NCBI GenBank assembly: GCA_944393325.1
Contig: CALXZU010000003.1
Location: 1,497-65,496, forward strand
DNA: 64,000 nt
Direction: 5' to 3'
DNA from: an uncultured Clostridia bacterium
GTDB lineage: Bacteria; Bacillota; Clostridia; TANB77; CAG-508
Below are positions 21,208-29,513 of this stretch, in pieces. Positions within the stretch are counted from its first letter, which is position 1; every line of letters begins with the position of its first letter. The notes beneath the pieces were generated by a model. That model was not told where the DNA came from and searched no databases. It saw only the letters and a list, made by a program, of their open reading frames with translations. Made by a program: the position numbers and the translations under genes.

Positions 21208-21660
21208 TTGATTTGTTTCTCCTCTCTTTAGTGTAATTATTTCCTTATTTTTCTTTTTTATACTTAAATTGATATGTAAGCTATCCTAAAATTATAAAAA
21301 ATAGTATATCTTTCTACAATTAAATCAAAGATATCTATAGACATATTCAATTTTCAAATAACTATACTATTTTTATAATAATATATTAAAAACTTAAACA
21401 AAATATTATGCATAAAAAGTTAAAAATAAAGAAACCGTATTTTTAAGTATTATATCGATTTTTGTATGTTAAAAGCAGCACATAGCATACATTTATTTTA
21501 TATATAAATACGGTATTTGTAAATATCTTATGAGAAAAAAGTGAAATAATTTATTATGACATAGTACATCATTTCTCTAAATGTTAGTTTTTTCATGGCT
21601 TACACCTTTATATTACAAATTTGTTACAAAATAAATAAAAAAACTTGTTATTTTCAATAA

Positions 21661-21710
21661 TAGATCTGTCCCAAATGCTCGTTTTCGAGCAAAAGGAAAC
21701 GTCCCTATAG
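21661..21710 (-). repeat. Short conserved element E (inverted copy): GGGACGTTTCCTTT-hairpin-CATTTGGGACAGA
   Basis: The reverse complement CTATAGGGACGTTTCCTTTTGCTCGAAAACGAGCATTTGGGACAGATCTA aligns with 58789-58836. The flanks are conserved and the central 5-bp hairpin is different but still paired. Confidence 0.6.
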
Positions 21711-21833
21711 TAGCTTTTAGCCAATAGAAAAATTATTTTATTTTTTTATTCTGGAAAAAAATAAAAAAATATAGATTTTTGTATCATTATGTGATAAAAT
21801 AAATTTACCAAATTTTTGGGAGGATGTTAGGAA

Positions 21834-22703
21834 ATGGTTTTAAAAAATTATTACAAAATATTGGATTTGGAAACAAGTCATGTGTCAATAGATGAAATAA
21901 GGCAAGCATATAGACAAGCTGCAAAAAAATACCATCCGGATTTAAATGTTGGAGATAATTTGGCAGAAGAAAGAATCAAAGATATAAATGAAGCATATAA
22001 AGTATTATCAGTTCCATCATCAAAAAGAAAATATGATAGAATATGGAATTCAAAATTCGGAAAAGGACCAAAAGCATTTGAAAAATCACAAAAAGGTGCT
22101 ATATTTAATATATTTTTAGGAAATTTAGAAGAAAATAAAAAAGAAGATAAACCTAAGAAAAATCCAATAAAAGGAGAAAATATAGAAACAGAAATAAATG
22201 TAAGTATTTTCGATGCTTTTTATGGATTAGATAAACAAATAGCATTAAAAGATATAGAAGGAAATGCAAAAACATATACAGTAAAAATACCAAAAGGAAT
22301 TAGAAATGGAGAAAAAGTAAGATTAATAGGGCAAGGAAAAAACGGACAAAACGGTGGAAAAAATGGAGATCTTTTAATAAAAGTAAATATAGAAAACGAC
22401 AAAAAATTTAAATTAGAAGGTTATGATATATATACAGATTTACTATTAACACCTTGGGAAGCGGCATTAGGAACGAGGACAACTGTTAAAACAATTGATG
22501 ATGAAACAAAAATATATGTACCAGAAGGAATACAAACAGGAGAAAAGTTAAGAATCCCTAATAAAGGATATTTTGCAAGTAAAGAAAAAAGGGGAGACTT
22601 AATAGCGGAAGTAAAAGTGGTTGTACCAAAGCATTTGAGTAAAGAGGAAAAAAATATATATCAAAAGTTAAGTGAAATATCAAAATTTAATCCAAGAGTT
22701 TAA
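21834..22703 (+). CDS. DnaJ-class co-chaperone lacking the zinc finger (CbpA-like)
   Basis: The J domain reads YYKILDL...EIRQAYRQAAKKYHPDLN (HPD motif). The DnaJ C-terminal beta-sandwich repeats have a GDL..KV pattern. There is no CxxCxGxG region. Confidence 0.8.
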   Translation: MVLKNYYKILDLETSHVSIDEIRQAYRQAAKKYHPDLNVGDNLAEERIKDINEAYKVLSVPSSKRKYDRIWNSKFGKGPKAFEKSQKGAIFNIFLGNLEENKKEDKPKKNPIKGENIETEINVSIFDAFYGLDKQIALKDIEGNAKTYTVKIPKGIRNGEKVRLIGQGKNGQNGGKNGDLLIKVNIENDKKFKLEGYDIYTDLLLTPWEAALGTRTTVKTIDDETKIYVPEGIQTGEKLRIPNKGYFASKEKRGDLIAEVKVVVPKHLSKEEKNIYQKLSEISKFNPRV

Positions 22704-22819
22704 AGAATGTCACTTAACATAAATTTTGTATTGACAAAAGCTAGGTTTTTAGCTATAATTAATATAGTGTTTAACAAAAGATAAGCTATGGATTAAATCA
22801 TAGAAATGAGGTGTAAAAA

Positions 22820-23335
22820 ATGGAGGCTATACAAGGAAAGCATTTTAGTATAACAGATCCAGAAGGAGTTAGAACTGTAATATACGAAGTTTACAAAACT
22901 AAAAAAGAATATTTAAATGAATATCCAAAATACACAGTAGGTAGACTTGAATTTACAGAAGAACTTGTTGGAAAATATAATAAGAAAACATTTTATGTAG
23001 AAGATCCACAAGATGATGGAAACCAATTAATTATTTTGTCTTTTGGAGAAGACAAAGTAATTATTAATAATGGGATTTTAATAGGAGATGAAGTAAAAAT
23101 AACAAAAAAACCTTCACCATTTAAATTTGAGACAATTTATGCAGAAGAACCAGTAGAATATAAAGAATTTCAATACACACCTAACTTGAAAAGGCAAATT
23201 TCAATTATAGATCCAGAAACAACAGAAGAAATAAAGCCAACACTTTATTTTGATGACAAAACAAATGAAGTAAAAGGGAAATGCAAATTAAAACCATATA
23301 AATCTTATTTCGCATTCGAAGTAAGAGAAAAATAG
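22820..23335 (+). CDS. Hypothetical protein (upstream of coupling protein gene)
   Basis: 171-aa ORF with RBS GAGGTG. No family recognised. Confidence 0.45.
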   Translation: MEAIQGKHFSITDPEGVRTVIYEVYKTKKEYLNEYPKYTVGRLEFTEELVGKYNKKTFYVEDPQDDGNQLIILSFGEDKVIINNGILIGDEVKITKKPSPFKFETIYAEEPVEYKEFQYTPNLKRQISIIDPETTEEIKPTLYFDDKTNEVKGKCKLKPYKSYFAFEVREK

Positions 23336-23347
23336 GGAGGAAAGTAC

Positions 23348-23608
23348 ATGAAAACAATGACAGAAAACAAAGATTATATTGAAAGTCCAGCAGGAATGAA
23401 TGACAACTTTACAATTGTTGGAGTTGAAATGCAAGAATATTTTGACAAGCAAAGTAAAGAAGGAAAAGCTACTAAAAATAATACTGAAATGAAAACACCT
23501 AATCAAATAAAAAGAGAGGTGCTTAGTACTGAATTGGAAGCAGGAATGTCAATAGTAGCTGAAAATGGCGGGAAAAAACAAACAAAAAGAGATGGCGAGT
23601 CAAGATAA
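23348..23608 (+). CDS. Hypothetical small protein
   Basis: 86-aa ORF with RBS GGGAGG, tightly spaced in the same operon. Confidence 0.4.
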   Translation: MKTMTENKDYIESPAGMNDNFTIVGVEMQEYFDKQSKEGKATKNNTEMKTPNQIKREVLSTELEAGMSIVAENGGKKQTKRDGESR

Positions 23609-23632
23609 AACAAAAGAGTAGGGGTATTTGAT

Positions 23633-25664
23633 ATGAATTATAAAGTAGAAGGAGCAATAAGAAGAAATAGAAAATATTTTATTGTATATGCAATACTATG
23701 GATAGTAATTGCCATAGCATTTGTTTCACCATTTAGTTATAGTGCACATGTTGCAGGGCTGGATGGTGAATTTAAATTGGATGTTTTTATAGAAACATTT
23801 GGAACATCTATTACAAATCCAATTGGAACATTAGGAAACTTGTTTTCAAGTGAAGCAGTTGGAGATTTTATATCAACATTGTTGGTAGTAACAATTTTTT
23901 ATACAGTATTTTTCTTTATAGGATTTGTTAGATCAGCACCTAAAAACGAATATTCAGATATAGAGCATGGTTCAAGTGACTGGTCACAAAGAGGAGAACA
24001 ATATACTATTTTAAGTAAGAATAAAGGAATAATTCTTGCAGAGGACAATTACTTGCCATTAGATAAAAGAGGAAATATAAATGTTTTGGTAGTTGGACGG
24101 TTCAGGTTCTGGTAAATCTGCATCATATTCAATACCAAATGCATATCAATGTTTAGGCTCATATGTATTTACAGATCCAAAAGGAGAATTATATGATAGA
24201 ACGGCAGGATATTTAAAAGAACAAGGCTATGATATTAAAGTATTAAATTTAGTAAGACCACAATATAGTGATGGATATAACCCACTTATGCATATTTCAT
24301 CAGAATTAGATGTAGATGTAATAGCAAATACAGTTGTAAAAGGGCAACAATCAGAAAGTTCGAGTTCAGACCCATATTGGGATGATATGGCAGAATTGTT
24401 ATTAAAGGCTTTAATATATTATTTAATAGCAACAAGACCAGAAGAAGAACAAAACTTAGCAAGTTGTGCAGAACTTGTTAGAGCAGCAAATAACAAAGGT
24501 GGAAGTAATTTACTTTCAGAATTAATGAGTCAACTACCATATGACCACCCAGCAAGAATGAACTATAAATCTATCGAAATAGCACCAGAAAAGACATATG
24601 GATCTATCTTAAGCTCATTACAAGCAAAACTTGGTAAATTTGATTCAAAAGAAATAGCAGAGCTAACATCAACCGATACAATAGATTTTGAAGAAATAGG
24701 AAATAAGAAAACAGCAGTATATGTTATATCATCAGACACACATACAGCATATGATTTCTTACTTACAATTTTCTTCTCTCAAATGATACAACAATTATAT
24801 GATTATGCTGATTTAAATGGTGGAAGATTAAAAGAAAAAACATTCTTTATATTAGATGAGTTTGCCAATATAGGTAAAATACCTGATTTTGATAAAAAAA
24901 TATCAACATCAAGAAGTAGAGGAATTTCTTTTAGTGTTATTTTACAGAATGTTGATCAATTAGAGGCAGTTTATGAGAAATCTTATGAGACTATCATGGG
25001 TAACTGTGATACACATGTATTTTTAGGAAGTAACTCATATAAAACAGTTGAATATTTTTCTAAAGCATTAGGAGAAAAAACTATTGAAAGAGATAGTATT
25101 TCTGTAAATAGAGATAGGCAAAACTGGAAAACTGGTAAATCAGTTTCAGATCAAGTCATGGCAAGGGCTTTAATGACTCCAGATGAACTTAGAAGATTAG
25201 ATAATGATTTGTGTATTATTTTTGAAAAAGGTATAAAACCTGTTAAAGCTCAGAAGTATTATTATTTTAAGCATCCTATGGCAAGGAAACTTGCAGCTTG
25301 CGAGATTAGCCACAATGATATTGGAGAAAAGGATAGGGGAGCTTGGAGAAAGTATAATCCTTATAATCCATATGTGGAAGAAGAGGATAATAAGGAAAAG
25401 GCTAAGGATTTGAAAGTTGAGTCTTTAGATGATTTATTTGAAGATGAACCAGAAGATGTAAAGCCTAAAGCAGAGGTAGACACTAATCCTAAAAATGATA
25501 TTAAAGAAGAAAATAGTGGTAAGCAAGATATTCAACCTTTAAGCCTGGAGGATTTTGATGATGCTCCTATTTTACCTCAAGAGCCGGAAGATGATGATAC
25601 TTATGATTTACAAAAAGAGTTAGAGGCTAAGTTTGATGAGTTGTTCGGACCTATTGATGAGTAA
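23633..25664 (+). CDS. VirD4/TraG-type type IV coupling protein (T4CP); needs +1 shift at in-frame CGG 24098-24100
   Basis: Two N-terminal TM helices. Frame 0 reads ...NINVLVVG then CGG and stops 4 codons later. The +1 frame (GGT 24099) gives VVGGSGSGKS, a Walker A motif, and continues into the 24093..25664 ORF, which has Walker B FFILDEF and an acidic tail. 25664-24099+1=1566. Confidence 0.8.
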
Positions 25665-25703
25665 AACTGTTTTTGGGGACGGAGGAAAAATACAGTTATT
25701 ATT

Positions 25704-25737
25704 AAAAGTTAGAAAATGCATGTTTTCTAACTTTTTT
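25704..25737 (+). terminator. Rho-independent terminator (AAAAGTTAGAAAA...TTTTCTAACTTTT)
   Basis: A 13-bp stem plus T-tract after the T4CP gene. The same stem sequence recurs at 27446 and 29026. Confidence 0.7.
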
Positions 25738-25752
25738 CTTTTAGGGAAAAGG

Positions 25753-25844
25753 AGCAAGTTTTTAGATTCAAGGCTTACGCCTTGCCTGTGGTTTTTCTAC
25801 CCTTTTTATTCCCTACGAAAAACCACTTAATCTAAAAACTTGCT
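25753..25844 (+). repeat. Structured repeat R, copy 1 (three-helix element; candidate ncRNA or miniature element)
   Basis: P1: AGCAAGTTTTTAGATT (25753-25768) pairs perfectly with AATCTAAAAACTTGCT (25829-25844). P2: AAGGC-TTAC-GCCTT (25770-25783). P3: GTGGTTTTTC (25788-25797) pairs with GAAAAACCAC (25817-25826) around the loop TACCCTTTTTATTCCCTAC. It is homologous to 58862-58952. Confidence 0.6.
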
Positions 25845-26057
25845 TTAATTATCGTTTTCAAATAATTCTTTTACATATGAATCTTTATTTTCTAAGTTCT
25901 TTGTAATAAGTTTTTAAAAAATATTATTAAATAATCAAATGTGGAGTAAATTCATCTTGCTATATTTCTGTAATTACTTCTTACTAAAGCATTTCTAATA
26001 CAGAATTTTTCTTAATTACTTAAAAAATGTATAATTAATAATTAAAATGAATATAAT

Positions 26058-26168
26058 ATTACGAAAAAGTTCCGTAAACGGAAAAAATTCGTAATAAAAA
26101 TTGACTTAATTATAATGAAATGTTATAATTATTACGAAAAAGTTCCGTAAACGGAAAAAATTCGTAAT
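26058..26168 (+). promoter_or_regulatory. Promoter (-35 TTGACT, extended -10 TGTTATAAT) flanked by two identical 38-bp palindromes ATTACGAAAAAGTTCCGTAAACGGAAAAAATTCGTAAT
   Basis: The palindrome copies lie at 26058-26095 and 26131-26168. TTGACT is at 26101-26106 and TATAAT at 26124-29, with a 17-nt spacer. This is directly upstream of the ATPase gene. Confidence 0.6.
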
Positions 26169-26180
26169 GGGGGGTTGAGA

Positions 26181-27425
26181 ATGGAAATAAAAAGAGACTA
26201 CTATTTAAAAGAGCTAATAGATAGAATAGATAATGGCTTAATTAAAATAATTACAGGAATTAGAAGATGTGGTAAATCATATTTGTTAAATATAATTTTT
26301 AAAAATTATCTTATAGAGCAAGGAGTTGATAAAGAGCATATTATACAACTTAGTTTAGATGAAAATAAAAATAAGAAATACTTAGAGCCAGATAATTTAG
26401 ATGAATATATAAGAAATTTAATTAAAGATGAAAATAAATATTATATATTATTAGACGAAGTACAAGAAGTTAAAGATTTTGAGGCCGTTCTAATTGGTTT
26501 TATGCATATTAACAATTTAGAAATATATGTGACAGGAAGTAATTCAAAATTTTTGTCATCAGATATTGTAACAGAATTTAGAGGTAGAGGAGATGAAATA
26601 AGAGTATATCCATTATCTTTTTCTGAATTTTATTCTGTATATAATGGTTCTGAAGAAAAAGCACTAAATGAATATTATACTTTTGGTGGATTGCCTTTAA
26701 CTGTACTTTCAAAAACTGATAATACTAAAATAAATTATTTAAGGACACAAAAAGATAATGTATATATCAATGATATTGTAGATAGGAATAAAATACAAAA
26801 TAAAGAAGAATTAGAAATGCTAGTACAAATAATTGCATCAGATATAGGGTGTTTGACTAATCCTTTAAAATTATCAAATAATTTTAAGGAAAGAGACAAA
26901 TTGTCTACAATGACAGATAAAACAATATATAATTATTTAGGATATTTACAAGATGCTTTTATGATAGAAAAAGCTAGAAGATTTGATGTACGAGGTAAAA
27001 GATTTATTGAGACTCCTCAAAAATATTATTTCACAGATATGGGGATTAGAAATTCATTTTTAGATTTTAGGCAAAGTGAAGAAATTTCACATATTATGGA
27101 AAATGTTATATATATAGAATTAAAAAAACGTGGATATAATGTAGATGTTGGTTCTGTTGAAATACGTGATGGTGATAAAAAGAAACAATTAGAAATTGAT
27201 TTTGTTGCAAATAAAGGAAACAATAAAATATATATTCAATCTGCTCTTGAAATGAAAACAGCAGATAAAGTAAAACAAGAACAAAAATCTTTATTGAATG
27301 TAAATGATTTCTTTAAAAAAATAATAATTGTTGGTGATAATGTTAAAAGATCTCGTTATGATAATGGCATTATTTTAATGGGGATTTATGATTTTCTTTT
27401 AGATGAAAATAGTTTAGATTATTAA
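26181..27425 (+). CDS. AAA+ ATPase with DUF4143 domain
   Basis: Walker A GIRRCGKS and Walker B ILLDEVQ. It is a paralog of 13674..14966 and 42948..44153. ATG 26181 follows a GGGGG RBS. Confidence 0.75.
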   Translation: MEIKRDYYLKELIDRIDNGLIKIITGIRRCGKSYLLNIIFKNYLIEQGVDKEHIIQLSLDENKNKKYLEPDNLDEYIRNLIKDENKYYILLDEVQEVKDFEAVLIGFMHINNLEIYVTGSNSKFLSSDIVTEFRGRGDEIRVYPLSFSEFYSVYNGSEEKALNEYYTFGGLPLTVLSKTDNTKINYLRTQKDNVYINDIVDRNKIQNKEELEMLVQIIASDIGCLTNPLKLSNNFKERDKLSTMTDKTIYNYLGYLQDAFMIEKARRFDVRGKRFIETPQKYYFTDMGIRNSFLDFRQSEEISHIMENVIYIELKKRGYNVDVGSVEIRDGDKKKQLEIDFVANKGNNKIYIQSALEMKTADKVKQEQKSLLNVNDFFKKIIIVGDNVKRSRYDNGIILMGIYDFLLDENSLDY

Positions 27426-27445
27426 AATAAAAAGTGTGTATGTAT

Positions 27446-27477
27446 AAAAAAGTTAGAATTAAAATTTCTAACTTTTT
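27446..27477. terminator. Bidirectional terminator (AAAAAGTTAGAA...TTCTAACTTTTT)
   Basis: Hairpin between the convergent ATPase and HTH genes. It shares its stem with 25704 and 29026. Confidence 0.65.
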
Positions 27478-27747
27478 CTAATGTACAGTTTTATCATTAT
27501 CAGGCACGTATTCTAATATATCTTCTACTTTACAATTAAGAGAATAACAAAGTTTAGCAAGAACTTCGAAATCTATTCGTGAAGATTTATTTATTCTTAG
27601 ATTTTGTATTGTTTGAAATTTAATATTTGCTTTGCTATTTAATTCATAATTAGAAACATTTAATTTTTTCATAATTTCATCTAATTTTACTACTATTTTT
27701 CCATATTCAATTTCAAAAACAATTGGTTTAATATTTTCTTTTTTCAT
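27478..27747 (-). CDS. Small HTH (Cro/C1-type) regulator
   Basis: 89 aa. The pattern LDEIMKKLNVSNYELNSKANIKFQTIQNLRINK...LAKLCYSLNCKVEDILEY is typical of short XRE-like repressors. It is divergent from the pilin-like LamG gene. Confidence 0.65.
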   Translation of the reverse strand: MKKENIKPIVFEIEYGKIVVKLDEIMKKLNVSNYELNSKANIKFQTIQNLRINKSSRIDFEVLAKLCYSLNCKVEDILEYVPDNDKTVH

Positions 27748-27884
27748 TAGCTACACCTCTTATGAATAATCATAATATAGTAATTAATAAAAAATAATAT
27801 ACTTCAAAGCAGTACTTGACAGACAATGATTTTTAAAGTAAAATGAAATTGGTTTCATATACAAGAGAAAAGGAAAGGAAAAAT

Positions 27885-29015
27885 ATGATTAAAGAAGAAA
27901 AGGGAATTACACTTATTGTCTTAGTAATAACAATAATTGTTTTGTTAATTTTAGCGGGGGTATCAATTGCTATGCTAACAGGAGAAAATGGAATACTTAC
28001 ACAAGCCCGAAAAGCTAAAGATGTAACAGAAATAGCAAGTGAAGAAGAATATATAAGATTAATAATTACAGAAGAAGAAATAACAAAATACAAAATAGGA
28101 GAAGAGTTAAAAGAAGTAGAATTTAATACAATAGAAGATACAAAAAGTATAATAGATTCAGAAACAGGAACAACATATGCAAATGGATGGTATTATCTAA
28201 AACCAGAAGATGTAGGTGATTATGAATTAAAAAATTCATATATAATAAATTATGAAACAGGAGAATTTGTCAAATATGATGAGGGGAAACATAGAATAGT
28301 AACAAATGAATTACTTTGTATAAAAGATGGATTAGTATATTCAGCAGACCCAAAAAACATGACAACTTCTAATTCATGGGGAGATGCCATACTTCATAAC
28401 TTTAATGAAGGAGACGAAAACAGTGGCTGGTCTGAAAATGCATTAATGTTTGATGGAATAGATGATGGAATAGAAGTAAAAGATAATTCAGACTATAGCC
28501 AAGGGATAACATTAGAGATATATTTTAATCTAAAAGGAAAAGGAGCATCAGATATAGCACAAATACTTATGATGAAAAGAACAAATGGATTAAATGGATT
28601 TTTTATGGATTTAAATGGAGATGATAATTCAATTTTTATTGATATAGGAGGATTTGGCTCTGACGAAAAAAATGAGAATAGATTTAAACCAGATGTGCAT
28701 GTGGAAGAAAACGTATCTACTTATATAACTTATACGTATGATCCAAATAAAGAAGAAGAAAATGGCATTTTATATATAAATGGTGAAAAGACAGAAACAA
28801 CAAATTTGGGATTAATAGAAAATTTAGTAAATACTCCTGAGAATACTCCAATACAAATTGGTTCAGATATTTATCAGACCTATAAGCCAGAGGGAGATAC
28901 ATCAAATCGTAAATATCCATTTTATGGGGAAATATACGCATCGAGAGTATATAATAGACCATTAACTGAAAGTGAAGTAAAATATAATTATGAAACAACA
29001 GTGGAAAATAGATAG
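27885..29015 (+). CDS. Pilin-like N-terminus + LamG-domain protein
   Basis: ATG 27885 follows AAGGAAAGG. The N-terminus is MIKEEKGITLIVLVITIIVLLILAGVSIAMLTGENGILTQARKAKD, with GEN-G encoded as GAA AAT GGA and no extra C. The C-terminal LamG pattern is nearly identical to 12353..13516 outside one variable patch. Confidence 0.85.
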   Translation: MIKEEKGITLIVLVITIIVLLILAGVSIAMLTGENGILTQARKAKDVTEIASEEEYIRLIITEEEITKYKIGEELKEVEFNTIEDTKSIIDSETGTTYANGWYYLKPEDVGDYELKNSYIINYETGEFVKYDEGKHRIVTNELLCIKDGLVYSADPKNMTTSNSWGDAILHNFNEGDENSGWSENALMFDGIDDGIEVKDNSDYSQGITLEIYFNLKGKGASDIAQILMMKRTNGLNGFFMDLNGDDNSIFIDIGGFGSDEKNENRFKPDVHVEENVSTYITYTYDPNKEEENGILYINGEKTETTNLGLIENLVNTPENTPIQIGSDIYQTYKPEGDTSNRKYPFYGEIYASRVYNRPLTESEVKYNYETTVENR

Positions 29016-29025
29016 TTTTCATAAA

Positions 29026-29059
29026 TAAAAAAGTTAGAATAAAAATTTCTAACTTTTTT
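29026..29059. terminator. Bidirectional terminator (AAAAAAGTTAGAA...TTCTAACTTTTTT)
   Basis: Hairpin between the LamG gene and a convergent XRE gene. Confidence 0.65.
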
Positions 29060-29296
29060 CTATTCAGCAAAAACATCTTTAAATAATTCATTATCAAAAA
29101 AATCTTTTAAAGATATGTTAAATGCTTCACATATATGAAGTAATGTATCAGTTCTTAAATTTTTTGTATCGTTTTTTAAAAAATCTGAAATTGTAGGTAA
29201 TGATACACCTGCAGCTTTAGATAAATCGAAAAGTTTCATATTATTCTCTTTAAGTAAGCCATATATTCTTTTTCGTATAGCGTCTGAAAGTTGCAT
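29060..29296 (-). CDS. XRE-family HTH transcriptional regulator
   Basis: 78 aa: IRKRIYGLLKENNMKLFDLSKAAGVSLPTISDFLKNDTKNLRTDTLLHICEAFNISLKDFF. Confidence 0.8.
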   Translation of the reverse strand: MQLSDAIRKRIYGLLKENNMKLFDLSKAAGVSLPTISDFLKNDTKNLRTDTLLHICEAFNISLKDFFDNELFKDVFAE

Positions 29297-29354
29297 AATT
29301 ACCCCTCTTTTCTAAATAGATATAAAAATTATATCAAAGTAGAAGTAAAAACCA

Positions 29355-29452
29355 CTAAGGAAAACCTTAAAAGAAAATAAAAAATTAAGAAATTCCTTAA
29401 TTGTTATTGAAAAAATATTTTTTATATGATATTTTATTAAGGAATTCCTTAA
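29355..29452. promoter_or_regulatory. Three copies of a 16-bp palindromic operator TTAAGGAAWWCCTTAA around the divergent promoters
   Basis: CTAAGGAAAACCTTAA at 29355-29370, TTAAGAAATTCCTTAA at 29385-29400 and TTAAGGAATTCCTTAA at 29437-29452. The last two bracket a TTGTTA/TATGAT promoter-like pair. Confidence 0.6.
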
Positions 29453-29513
29453 TAAAATTATTTTGAAAATTATTTAAAGGAATTTAAAATTCAAATGAAA
29501 AGAGGTATTTTAC

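Noticed and set aside
18720-21770. About 40 nt of similarity between 18735-18775 and 21716-21760 (..GAAAATTAATTTTATTTTTTTATCCTGAA.. versus ..GAAAAATTATTTTATTTTTTTATTCTGGAA..), considered as direct repeats flanking the FGE-like gene.
   Set aside because: The match is short, AT-rich and imperfect. It could simply be similar promoter or UP-element sequence, so it is not strong enough to call an insertion boundary.
25633-25830. The 65-aa ORF spanning the T4CP stop, the terminator and repeat R.
   Set aside because: It runs through a terminator hairpin and the structured repeat. Its homologous region at 58.8 kb has no equivalent ORF.
26058-26168. A CRISPR-like reading of the repeated 38-mers.
   Set aside because: There are only two copies, each a perfect palindrome. 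They bracket a promoter, and no cas genes are present. Operator sites are the better explanation.
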